NCBI GenBank assembly: GCA_001662655.1
Contig: KV460206.1
Source of the DNA: Pseudogymnoascus verrucosus
Taxonomy: Eukaryota
Strand: one strand, 5' to 3'
Length of the DNA stretch: 64,000 nt
Position 1 is the first letter of the stretch, and each line of letters starts with the position of its first letter. A program made the translations under genes and the position numbers. This document shows, piece after piece, positions 1-11,455 of the stretch. Below the pieces are notes generated by a model. That model had not been told where the DNA came from. It saw only the letters and a list, made by a program, of their open reading frames with translations, and searched no databases.

Positions 1-847
1 TTCCGGTGTTAGAAATATCGACAGTACCAATCTCGGCGCCACCAGACTCCGAGACACAGAAGAAGCCACGGCCACCTCCCTTGGCGATGACCTTGTCGAC
101 GAAGATGTTGGTCTCATATCCGCCGTTCAGTTTGCCGTTCTGGTTCGCGAAGCGGAGGGCAGCGTAGCCGGTACCGGCGCCGGCATTATCGGCGTCAACG
201 AGGCCAACATGCGAATTGGTCGTCATCTGGAGCAGCAGACCGCACTCGCCGACGTTACGGGCGATGACCTCGTTTATGGTAAGACCATCGATGTTCCAGG
301 TCTCGACGGCGTGGCTGGTAGCGCCAGTCACCTTGATGGAGTCCATCTTCACGTTTTTGTTTGCAGCCTCGTCACGGTCGAAGCGGATTCCAATACCACC
401 GGTGAGGTTCATGACGATCTTGCCGAGCGACAGGTCGGTGGTACCGTAGAAGTGCATGGCGAAGTAGGGGGCGCCGGTCAGGCTCAGGTAAGGGATAGAG
501 GCACCCTTTGTGTTCAGCGACTCGATGCCACCCCTCCCAGCCTTGTAGCCCAGATTAATAGTGCCACAGCCCTCGAAGATCTTGCCGCTGCCGATGGAGA
601 TGATGTTGGTGCCAATGGAACCCGACGCCATCACGGCAACGCGCTCGCCGCTGGCAATGGCGCCGAGCGCAGCATTGATTGCGGCGAAGTAGTCTGAGCC
701 GCTGTATACGCTGGAACCACCTTTGGTGGCCACATAGGCACCCGAAGAGCCTGTGACCTTGGCCTCAGGTGTACCAGCACCACAGTCGGCGGCATTGGTC
801 AAGGAGATGAGGGCGAGTGCTGCTGCGAGGATGGATAGTCGGGCCAT
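1..847 (-). CDS. Secreted parallel beta-helix (pectin-lyase-fold-like) protein; 3' end runs off the window
   Basis: Manual minus-strand translation from ATG at 847 is open to the window edge: MARLSILAAALALISLTNAADCGAGTP...SHAVETWNIDGL...GECGLLLQ...GTGYAALRFANQNG...GGGRGFFCVSESGG. It has a signal peptide and a Gly/Asn/Ile/Val-rich beta-solenoid pattern. Absent from the ORF track because no stop lies in the window. Confidence 0.75.
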   Translation of the reverse strand, partial: MARLSILAAALALISLTNAADCGAGTPEAKVTGSSGAYVATKGGSSVYSGSDYFAAINAALGAIASGERVAVMASGSIGTNIISIGSGKIFEGCGTINLGYKAGRGGIESLNTKGASIPYLSLTGAPYFAMHFYGTTDLSLGKIVMNLTGGIGIRFDRDEAANKNVKMDSIKVTGATSHAVETWNIDGLTINEVIARNVGECGLLLQMTTNSHVGLVDADNAGAGTGYAALRFANQNGKLNGGYETNIFVDKVIAKGGGRGFFCVSESGGAEIGTVDISNTG

Positions 848-2185
848 GGTTGCAAATGAAGAGTCTAGCTTGGTTACCGTCTTGCTTCTCTTTGTGCTCC
901 TCCAAAGGCTATGGCGGACGCCATCTCTTTATACACATAGTTTATGTTTTTCTCGCTCTTGTATGAACCGAAGTGCTTGTTGCAAAGTAATTACGGGATA
1001 ACAGACCCCGTATACGCTCTCGTATGTTTGACTTGTCCCCGCATTCTCCTCAATCTATGCCTGACTGCCAATTCTGCCAAGAGTATGATCTTGCCGCTGT
1101 GTAGATGCAGTGGCCGATCGTCTGCTCTTAAGTGGCGCGATATTGTGAGAACAACTACTCTTGTAATGAACGTGGCTCGGGTGAAAGCATGCACAAGACA
1201 TATATATTAAAGAAACTCTATATTCGCCAAATGCTGGTGAAGTTCACCGGGGGTGTCTGCCACGATGCAGCGAGGAACTATGAAACATTGGTCTCTTCCA
1301 AGGAAATAGTTAAGGGACGGAAACATGGAGGCATCATAGTGCATAAAAGAGTGATATATTAAACGGGGAAACTGTGGAAAATCGATTATCCACGTATGGG
1401 TGAAAGTATTTGAAAGATCGCCATCAGACAGCATGACAAAGTAAACGAAATAGGCAAGCGTGTTGTGGGGTAAATAGACTTAACTTGGCGGAACTCCCGC
1501 GGGCTGTCACGAAACGCCACCGGCATACAGATTGTGGAGAGCCAGTATTTGGCTTCAGGTCATTTAGAACAATTCTAGGTAGCATGGTAAATTCGGGTAA
1601 CGAATTATATTTTAATTCTTCTTGCACGGCTGCAATTATCCATTGAAAGAGACTTAAATAGTTCCTTAAAGCCGGAGTCGGAGCGAACATTTCATGATTC
1701 GCATGAATATCACTTCTAAAGCGGTCGATCCACACCGCCTTTAACTGCCGGCAGTATATACAGCGACACTCTAACATGGTACCGCCTCGACTCTATGTAT
1801 GAAACGAGGGTTTATGAAGCTTGGAGCTGTGCTCGAGTCTGTATAGCTTCTAAAATGTCACTTGAGATATAAAAAATAACTACAATATGGCAAGAATTCG
1901 TGTAGCAGACGTGTGCCGTGCCATATTTGCTCTAACAGACTCATCACATGATTGCAGGACTAATCAATGAATCATGCAGCATCCTTGTTTACAACCTTAA
2001 CTTCACCTTCTCCCCTGTACTACACAAATAAACAAACAATCTCAATTCTGATACGGAGACAAATCAGCTACACCCTTCTGCTCAAACTCGCTCCTTGGCC
2101 ACGCACCTGTGTGCCTGCAGCTCCAAATACGCTACGGCTCTTCGACTAGGACCTGTGAGCCTCCCACTCCAAATACGTTGCGGCC

Positions 2186-2845
2186 ATGTCCTTCAAAGCA
2201 GGCTTCGCTCGGCCCCTACTGCCCGCCCTCCCTGAGGGTAAGACATCAGTGCTCGTCCGAGCCCCCGTCCCTACGCCCACCTTCCTCGATGAATCCACCC
2301 TATCCTTCACCGTCCATGCGCGCATCCACATCGCTGCTCCACCCATCGTTGTCCTACGCGCCCTTCTCGACACCGGCTCCTGGCCACGCTGGAACAGCTT
2401 CATCCCCGCGGCCGCGATCCACCACAGCGGGACGCCTGTTTCCGCTCTCCCCGAATCATCGGAGATCCTCGGGGTCGGCGCCGAATTCACTATGTTTGTG
2501 AACATGAGCGGCAAGTCTGAGGAGGAGCGCGGACCAGTGGAGAAGTTGAGGAAGTCGAATGAGTGCTTGTCCCTTGTGGAGGAGCTTGTTCCGGAGCGAG
2601 AGCAGGGGAGGAAGGGCTGGCGCTTGGCGTGGGGTGCTGATGGTCAGTTTATGCTGAAGGCGGATCGTGTGCAGGAGATTGTTGAAACGGAGGGGGGATG
2701 CGAGTATGTCACTTGGGAGAGCTTTGGGGGGATGATGGCTCCGGTGGTTAGGATTGCGGTGGGAGGACAATTGATTGATAGGTTTGCGGATCAGGCGAGG
2801 GATTTGAAGGAGTGGTGTGAAGGAGATAGGGGAGATGACGAGTAA
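2186..2845 (+). CDS. SRPBCC/START-like (polyketide cyclase 2 family) protein
   Basis: 219 aa ORF with IHIAAPPIVVLRALLDTGSWPRWNSFI and a C-terminal helix (RFADQARDLKEWCE), typical of SRPBCC folds. Confidence 0.7.
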   Translation: MSFKAGFARPLLPALPEGKTSVLVRAPVPTPTFLDESTLSFTVHARIHIAAPPIVVLRALLDTGSWPRWNSFIPAAAIHHSGTPVSALPESSEILGVGAEFTMFVNMSGKSEEERGPVEKLRKSNECLSLVEELVPEREQGRKGWRLAWGADGQFMLKADRVQEIVETEGGCEYVTWESFGGMMAPVVRIAVGGQLIDRFADQARDLKEWCEGDRGDDE

Positions 2846-3140
2846 TGGGTGATCGAAGGATATGGTAATAGTTGTCTTCATGCGCAGAACCTTTATAAAA
2901 TTGAGGGAATATGGACTACAGGTGGTAAAGGTCTCGCGAGCTCTGGCATTAATTTCTATCAGGCCATTGCTTTTAGCACTTATGACTTTACGCTATTGAA
3001 TGAAAACGGTACTTAAATTCAATTCCTCAAATTTGTTGTCCTTCTCATACGGGGCTAGACTACCCTGACAATGCTACTTCTGCTCTGCCTCTATCCCACC
3101 TTTGATTGATGTAGGCTGATCCGAGGTGGTGCGTGTAACC

Positions 3141-3848
3141 TCAAAACTCTTCAAACAAATAGCTCATATCATAAGCCTCCTCGCTTGAGTCTCCATCAAC
3201 ATCCATCGCATCCACCATCTCTGTATCCTCTCCTTCCTCCGACTCTTCAACCTCCTGCTGCTCCCAAACTATCTCGGCCCCCCTCTCCTCCACTTCTTCC
3301 TCATCCCCACTCTCCTCCTCTTCATCGTCACCATCATTGTCCTCCTCTTCCTCCTCACTCTCATCCCCGCTCTCTTCCTCCTCCTCCTCCTCCACCACCG
3401 CCACCTCCGCCACCTCGGCCCCCCTATCCTCCCTCCCCCTCTCCGCCCACATAACCTTATTAATCGGATACCTCTCCCACAACATCAGCGCCCTCTCCCT
3501 CGTCTCCCCACTCTCCCGCTTCCGCTTCGAGATCCGGCAGTCACGCCCGACGAGGTGGTAGATTTGGCTGTCGGCCGCGTTATATGCTTTGAACCAGGCG
3601 TCAGGGACCCAGCCGCGGGGGACGGGGAGAGCGTCCATTTGGAGGGGGTATTTTTTGATGGGCGCGCCGGGCATGCCGGGGTAGGCGTACACTGGAAGGT
3701 GGTTAGCGGGCTGAGAGAGGGTTGGGGAAGGGGTCAGGGGTGACTCACTGGTGAGGGAAGATGTGTATGTTGTTAATTTGGAAAATTTGAGGGTGGTTCT
3801 GATTCTGGTCGACTGACTGACTGATTTTGGTGGTTTTTGCGTTGGCAA
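3141..3848 (-). CDS. Hypothetical protein with long acidic (Glu/Asp) C-terminus; start uncertain (first ATG 3674)
   Basis: 235-codon open frame with coding-like middle and poly-Glu tail; no recognisable family. Confidence 0.45.
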   Translation of the reverse strand: MPTQKPPKSVSQSTRIRTTLKFSKLTTYTSSLTSESPLTPSPTLSQPANHLPVYAYPGMPGAPIKKYPLQMDALPVPRGWVPDAWFKAYNAADSQIYHLVGRDCRISKRKRESGETRERALMLWERYPINKVMWAERGREDRGAEVAEVAVVEEEEEEESGDESEEEEEDNDGDDEEEESGDEEEVEERGAEIVWEQQEVEESEEGEDTEMVDAMDVDGDSSEEAYDMSYLFEEF

Positions 3849-4357
3849 GTGAGAATGTGAGGTTTCTCATGTTGAAGCGTTTTGAAGTTTATACTCCGGA
3901 TGCTAAAGAGTAGTTCAGGGGTTCCATTTGAATCTGAATCTCTGTCCCGCGGATAATGGTGGATATATTCTATAATCTTCCGGTTTTGTTAGATGCTTAT
4001 TGTGTTCCATTTTGCAAACGGTTATATTCGTCAAGTTTCTTGAGAAAGGGCGGTTTAAAGACGTGCGAGCATAAAGAGGGTTGAAGTTAGAAATATCTCG
4101 CAATGAATCTTAGCAACTCAACTGACTGCATTGTCTGGTAGACTTTTTGTCTCTATGGAATACTTTGCAACTTCTATCGCAATGGTGACTATCCTATAGT
4201 CTTTCATTTCAGCCCTTCGACTTGCCAAACCTGGCTGAAGTCTGGTATATCGTACCGATCGCCCTGATATGTACCGTATCTTTTGAAACAAACCGGCCCC
4301 TCATCAGCCACGTCCAACGAATCACTCATCTCAATCGAACCTAGTCATCTGCCCACT

Positions 4358-5626
4358 CTACACTCTGTAGCTCCACTCGTGCTCCTCCTCACCGTACTGC
4401 CTCCTCTCGATCCACTCCTTCATGCTTTGGGCGATCTCACCAGCCTCTTGGTCTGGCTTCAAGCCACAGTCAACAATCTTGCCCTTCCAGCTGATATTCC
4501 TTACTGGGGAAACAACAGCTGCGGTGCCAGATCCGAAAGCCTCAAGGAGTCTCCCCTCCTTTGCAGCGTCATCCAGCTCAAACATAGTGTATTGGCGCTC
4601 AACAACCTTCCATCCCTCTGGCACGAGCTTCTCCTTTGCCAAGCTCAGGATAGAGTCTCTGGTAATACCCTCCAGGATGGTACCGTCAATTGGTGCTGTG
4701 ATGAGCTCCTTCTGTCCAGTCTCCTTGTTCTTCATGGCCACCCACATGTTCATGGTTCCGACCTCAGTAACATACTCCTCCTTGCCGAACAGCCACAGGT
4801 TCTGGTGGAAGCCGCGCTTGGCAGCCTCAAGCTGTGGCACGATGCAGGGAGCGTAGTTGGCACCCAGCTTCTTGTCACCAACACCACCTGGCCATGCGCG
4901 CACGGCGTAGTCGGTGGCCTCCAGTGAAATAGCCTTGAAACCAGTTGGGTAGTATGGGCCCACTGGGGATGCGATCACAAACATCAATGCGCTGCCTGGT
5001 GGGCCGACACCGAGAGTGGCCTGGGTACCGATCATTGTTGGGCGGAGGTATAGCGAGTAGCCCTTTTGGTTGGGAATGAAGCGCTCGTCGAGCTTGACGA
5101 GCTTGGCAATGAGGCCAGTGAGAACCTCGGGGTCGAATGTGGGAAGAGCAATTCTGGCAGAGGATGTGTTGAAGCGGGCCATGTTCTTCTCTGGTCGGAA
5201 CAGGCGGATCTCTCCAGCATCATTCTTGTATGCCTTCATTCCCTCGAAACATTCGAATGCGTAGTGGAAGACGCAGGACGACGGGTCTAGGGAAAGGTTC
5301 TGGTATGGGGTAATCTTGGGCGCGTGCCATCCTGTTCCGATTGTTAGCTATGTCTTGTACTCATATTACAACCAGGAGTAGCTACCTTCTTCGGCTGTCC
5401 ATTCACAGGTGAGCATGTGGTCGGTGAAAGTGTGTCCAAAGACAAGATCCTTGGGTGCGATAAGCTCCTTAGGTGTAGTAGTCTTGGTTATAGTGAGCTT
5501 CGATGCATCCATTTCAGCCAGCTTCGAAGTGCTGTATAGCCTAGCCGCCATCGTTGAAGAGCTTGCCCATTGTTGCGCAACGAGCCTCCTGGGCGCGAGC
5601 GCCGTCGATAATTGCCTGAGCTTCAT
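4358..5626 (-). CDS. BAT1: Branched-chain amino acid aminotransferase, mitochondrial-type; intron 5332-5385
   Basis: Class IV PLP motifs FEGMKAY, LFRP, YLRP, KLGANY, EVGTMN, ILEGITR and GSGTAA; Arg/Ala/Leu-rich presequence; GT...CTAAC...AG intron restores the frame. Confidence 0.95.
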
Positions 5627-5670
5627 TTTGTATGGGAGCCAAGTCGACAGAATCTTGAATCAATGATCTT

Positions 5671-5795
5671 TGAGTCAACAATTCGCTGAATGGATTCGAG
5701 AAATAGGCAATAAAGCGGGTGTTGGCGGCTTTATATAGTCAGTATACCTTTTCACAATTGTCTGTCCGATTTGCGGACCCAAAGGCATTGAGTCA
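5671..5795 (-). promoter_or_regulatory. Gcn4/CpcA sites (TGACTCA on minus at 5671-5677 and 5789-5795), LeuB/Leu3-like CCG-N5-CGG (5766-5776) and TATA (~5730-5738) upstream of BAT
   Basis: Exact motif matches upstream of an amino-acid biosynthesis gene. Confidence 0.5.
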
Positions 5796-6252
5796 ACATG
5801 CCGCCTGTGCCGTAAGTAGCCCGCTTGAGCCGCCCTATGCCGAATCGGAGTGATAAGATAGGCACAAAAAGAAAACAATATCATGAAATACACCTACATA
5901 ACAATGCCAATTTGGTTGGATCTGGAAATACCAAAAGAAAAAAATGCTGAAATACAAGCAAACTGTCTATCTAAATGTCTCCGATGGTCCCCGTACTACC
6001 TGCCCATGGGCATGGTCGCCTGGCCGCCTTCCGCCGCCGATTGGCCAATCAGCGTTGCTCGCTAGAAAGAGCTACCTTGGGGAACAGACGAGGCCGCGTT
6101 GAAGTTTCTCGAGGCTGAGATTCGCCAAGGGAGTTATTCGCATCTGAACCGTCATATAACCCCCCTTTGCCTTCCCCTCATGGCGCGTACCTTCTGAACG
6201 ATTTAATATTTAATATCTCAGATGGTTGAATATATTCGTCAATTTGGACGCT

Positions 6253-9203
6253 ATGTTTTCTTCCGCTCTCAAGTCATTCTCCTCCAACATCAACTCTAAC
6301 TATGTGATCGGTTCGCAACCCTCAGCTGTCTCGGGCCCTTGGAAGATATTCGATGGCAAGAATAAGAAGACTTCGAAAGAGGTCTCTGTCTTCGTCTTTG
6401 ATCGCAAGGTGTTAGAATCGAATTCAGGTAGCTTGGGAAGATCCGACAGAGCCAGCGCATCGAGTCTCAAACGGTCCGTGGAAGAGGTGGTCGAACGGCT
6501 GAAGAAGGAGGCGTCATCGCTTGCGCGGCTACGACACCCCAATATACTCGAACTCGCTGAGCCGGTAGAAGACACACGATATGGGGGCCTGCAGTTTGCG
6601 ACCGAGCCGGTAACAATTTCGTTGGCTGGGTTGTTACAGGAGAAAGATGAGGAGGAGAGAGCTACGGGCGTAGGCGGGCGCTCAAGCAGATTCGTGAAAG
6701 AGGATAGCGAAGGGAATAGGAGAAGACGAGACTTGGAAATAGACGAATTGGAAATACAAAAGGGGTTGCTACAGATCAGCAAGGCTCTTGAGTTTCTGCA
6801 CGAGAACGCCGGGCTGGTCCACGGCAACTTGACTCCAGACGCTATATACATAAATGCAAAGGTATGCCCGGAATGGATAACATAAAGAATGCACCTAACG
6901 TGTTTTAGTCTGATTGGAAAATCAGCGGACTCTCCTTTCTTAGCCCTGCGGACAACTCTGACAAGCCATCCTCTGTCACCCCTATTTCTCTCTCAGAAGT
7001 TCTCAATTTAGACCCACGGCTGCCACGATCCGTTCAATTAAATCTCGACTATGCCTCCCCGGATTTTGTTCTCGATACGAACCTTAATGTTTCCGCCGAT
7101 ATGTTTAGCTTGGGACTTCTTATTGTTGCTCTCTACAACTCACCCCACGAATCTCCTCTTCATGCCAATTCGAGCGTCACAACCTATAGACGGCTCTTTG
7201 CCTCATCGGGCTCGATACCCTCCAGCAGCAACAATTATATTTCATCTCGGCCAATTCCTAGAGATCTTACGACCACTGTCCTCCCACGCTTAATTGCCCG
7301 TCGCCCTGCTCAACGCATGACTGCCCGCGAGTTCCAACAATCGTCCTACTTTGACAACATTCTCGTCTCCACAATCCGTTTCCTGGATGCGTTACCGGCG
7401 AAGACGCCCACCGAGAAGGCTGCGTTCATGCGCGGTCTTACGAAGGTGATCCCGAGCTTCCCCAAAAGCGTGTTGGAGAAGAAGGTCTTGCTAGTTCTAC
7501 TGGAGGAGATGAAGGACAAGCAACTTCTGAGTCTGGTATTGCAGAATGCGTTCAAAATTATTGAACTCCTGCCGAGTGCTAAACGGTCTTTTACTGAGAA
7601 AATGCTGCCACGCCTGAGAGAGATTTTCTTGAGTGGTGCTAAGCCTGCCGCTCCTGGAACCGCAGGAGCCCCTGAACGTGATACTGGGAAAGAGGCGGGG
7701 CTGACGGTATTGCTGCAAAATATCAATATCATCACCTCTAATTGCTCGGGAAAGAACTTCAAAGACGGTTAGTAACAGGTGGAGTTTGGCAATGAAGCTT
7801 ATCGCTGACAAATTGCAGAAATACTCCCGATAATACATCTAGCCATAGAGTCACCTACCCACTCTATCGTAGATGCGGCCCTGCGAAGTCTCCCAGTAAT
7901 CCTCCCTGTGCTTGATTTCAGCACAATAAAGAACGAGCTGTTTCCAGTCGTCGCGGCGGTATTCAGCAAAACTTCGAGTCTAGGTATCAAGGTCAGGGGT
8001 CTTGAAGCTTTCGTTGTTTTATGTGGCGGCACAGCAGACTCTATTACCTCCGCTGCCGATGATGGCCTGTCTGGATTCGCACCGCAAAATGGCAAGAAGA
8101 AAGAGAAATCTCCCATCAGTGCATTGGACAAGTACACTATGCAAGAAAAGATCATTCCTCTCATCCGTGCGATCAAGACAAAAGAACCGGCAGTTATGCT
8201 CGCAGCCCTCAAAGTTCTACAGCAGGTTAGTTCCGAGGCAGATACGGAATTTATCGCTATGGATATCCTGCCTATTTTGTGGAACATGAGTCTTGGCCCA
8301 CTACTTGATCTCAGGCAATTCCAAGCCTTCATGGACTTGATTAAGAGTCTAAGCACCAAGGTAGAACAGGAGCATACGAAGAAGCTCCAGGAACTCTCGG
8401 GCAGCAGTTCCGGTATCAAAAATGCTGGGGGTAACGATGATTTCATGTCCTTCGGCGACCTCCCAGCAGCATTCTCATCAAATGCAAATGGCGGCGAAGA
8501 CGACGACTTCGAGCGTCTCGTGACCGGAAAATACACTACTAGCACAGCCGCGAGCAATGCAGTAGCGGATGGTGGCTGGGACGCAGCTCCCAACGCCCCC
8601 GCAAAGCCTGCTCCCCCAGCCGCTCCCACGTTCTCATGGTCGACCACTCCCTCCCCATCTCCGGGCCCATCATCCCCGGGTATTGGCTCCATGTCTGCGG
8701 CCATGAGGCCACAAGCTCCATTTCGAACCATCACTCCCGATCTCTCGCGCTTCGACTCTCTCCAGCCATCAACAACACAGTTCTCACAGCCTCTCCAGCC
8801 CGTCTCCTCAGCCTTCATCCAACCGCCACCAACCCAAGCGTCGGTCAACTGGCAAACCGCCGCGGCCCCCAGCAGCAGCAATATATGGGCCTCCTCGAGC
8901 CCAACTTCAACACACTCATCATTTGCACCTATGGTCCCCGCGCAACAGCAACGGCAGACGTCGTTTTCGGGAGCACAACCTAACATGAGCACTTCGATGG
9001 GTAACCTTTCTATGTCTCAGCAGCAAAAGCCAGCAACCCCCTTTTCCCTTCCTCCACCGCCTACCTGGTCACAACAACCTCAGCAACCAACGCAACAGCA
9101 GGACTGGGGCGCGTTTAGCTCTGCCCCACCTCAAGGACAGGGCCAGGGTGGGCAGCAGCCTGCGCAGAAGAAGGGGTTGGATGCTTTTGAGAGCTTGTTA
9201 TAA
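6253..9203 (+). CDS. SCY1: SCY1-like pseudokinase (SCYL2 type) with HEAT repeats; introns 6862-6908 and 7768-7818
   Basis: GPWKIF, LKKEASSLARLRHPNIL, FATEPV, VHGNLTP..I.INAK.DWKISG; HEAT region; Pro/Gln-rich tail; canonical introns join three ORFs in frame. Confidence 0.9.
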
Positions 9204-10177
9204 AATGGGATATTATGATAGGTATTTGGGTAGATATAGAGGGATTAGATACATATATGTAGTTAGCGTGGTGCATATTCCTTGAGCGGCAAAGAAGCGT
9301 TGAAGTTTGGCAGGGTGCTTCGGTTGTCGAATTCGAGGACAGTTTATGACAGATGCGGAAAGTGTGATCTTGTTTGGCGGAGATTGAACATGGTTTTTTG
9401 TTGTGCTTACTCGCTGTTGATTCTTTAGGAGGGATCGATTTGGGATAGTCCCTATCGCAAATACAACACCTCCATGGCAACTTATTGCCATTTGTAGGTT
9501 CTACAGTTAAGTATTGACTTTCTTACTTCTTCCAGGACCAAGATTCGATTTTGATTTCGCCTGGCTGGGAATATACAGTGAGTAGGTTTATATTTTTTAT
9601 ATTTTGCATGATCTCTCGCCTACTTTTCTACCTTTCTACTTTTAATGAGCGATTACAACCTACCTCTTGACTTCACTCTTTGGCAAGCTCCGAGTTTAGA
9701 CCATCAACTGCGTGATTGCTGCAGATGACCCTATTCCACCTCTTTTACTTCTTGTTCTAACTCTTCATAATACTCAAGCACACTTCTACCGTTTTGATCT
9801 TCATTCAATTCACCAAGTGAATACTCATATGTGGCACTGAAGGTTGGACACAAAGCACTGCACTCTTGGAGAGCTTCCGTGTTTCTGTTACTATCCTCGT
9901 TGAAGCTACCGATCTTGTCTTTTGCACATTTTCTTTCTGAATATTCTGATCTCACCTTGAGTTTAGTCTCAGACTGCAGGTTAAGTCGATCTAGTGAAGT
10001 ACGCTCTTGAGATTGCTTCAGTTGCTTCTATCATATCTTCAACCCCAAACTATCAAACGCCCTACCTCGACCCCCCCAGGCTTCCTCAACCTTCTACCTC
10101 CTGCGCCTAGTTGGAATGCTATATATATATATTGGCCAGCTCTCCAACATCCCCGTTCAGGCCTCTTCCATCCTCCC

Positions 10178-10330
10178 TCCAACCTTCTTCCAACCTCCGA
10201 TCTTCTTCCAACTTTCTTCCAACCCTCTTCCGACCTTCTTCCAACCCTCGTCCAACGTTCTTCCGACCTCCAACCTTCTTCCAACGTTCTTCCAACCTTC
10301 TTCCAACGTTCTTCCAACACTCTTCCAACT
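10178..10330 (+). repeat. Degenerate 11-bp minisatellite (CCAACCTTCTT-like units)
   Basis: About a dozen imperfect TTCCAAC-core units in tandem; it explains several spurious ORFs here. Confidence 0.8.
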
Positions 10331-11455
10331 TTATTTCAGCTTTCATCCTCCAACCCTGGCAACCACCACCTTCAATGACCTGCTACTATCTACAAGTATA
10401 AGCAAAAGCTATATATGAACCTTTGAACTCGTACTCAAAGTAAGTTTGTTTTTCTGTCTCCATGGTCTCACTTCATGCATTTTCGATCTCAGATTGAGCT
10501 TCACCTTCGTCTCCATACCTCGCCTCTAAACCTCACTTTCCGATCTTACTTCTGTTCAATTGCCGATCTGAGCAAGTCAACCTTCCAGTTTGCCCTCAAA
10601 CCTCACGCTTTACTCCGCTCAATCCGCAGTTCCGGCCCCTTCTGCTCTCATACACCACATCAGCTTGCAAGTCTTTCCTTTCCACTTCGTTTATATGCCA
10701 CATCAGTTTCCGGACCTCCTAAAGCTTCCTTTTATACATCACTTTCGGTCTCAGGGTTCACCTTTGCTCTTCATTATACTTCACTGAGTTTTGAGCGTAA
10801 CTTCCACCGTCTTCTGTTACATGTTCATCCTCTCTCAAACCTCGGTCTTTCTCAACTTCTCTGCCATCTATGATACTTTGCCAACTTCACATGTCCTCTA
10901 TTTCCTTCCTGCTTTCTTGAGTTTACATATTCAAACAGTTCACTCCACCAGTCTCTTTCACTATCTGCTACGAAACAACACCATATATTTTGCACATGCT
11001 CAGCAAGACGTTTCCTAACTGAGGGCGCAGAAGCGTCACAACTTGTGGATTTAACCTGCCAACACTTCAGTTTGATGTAAGTTATTCCTTTACTTGACAA
11101 TGGGTTTACTACTTCATGTTTTACATCTTCAGTAACTTCTCGTTATTTCATTTGCAATTCATACCTGATCTGATACGATCAACTTGCTATTTTCCTTTCT
11201 CACATCTGTGCTAGTTTAGTATAATTCTGCCAGTTTACTTCTGTCACTGGTCTGCAAGGTTTCCCGCTGCCTCTTCCTGTTTTACTTCAAGTCCAAAGTG
11301 TTGGTTATCAATTTTGGTCTCTGTGCTCATAATACCACACATTTCATTTCATCCATACACGTTTCATGTCACCAAAACTTCATACCGTTCCTTTCATGTG
11401 CTTATTCAAAGTATCTCGGCATTGATATGTATACTAATTTTGCACCACAGTCACC

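Noticed and set aside
209..697. Plus-strand 162 aa ORF
   Set aside because: Antisense shadow of the minus-strand secreted protein.
7799..8992. 397 aa minus-strand ORF, and similar antisense ORFs over BAT, the 14804 gene, HIRA, ODC, DNA2 and RIC1
   Set aside because: They overlap well-supported genes on the opposite strand and have no family motifs; expected from codon bias.
9731..9955. Glu-rich 74 aa minus-strand ORF as a gene relic
   Set aside because: No ATG start or recognisable motif; Glu richness follows from the pyrimidine-rich plus strand.
10007..10418. Overlapping short ORFs in several frames
   Set aside because: Products of the 11-bp minisatellite.
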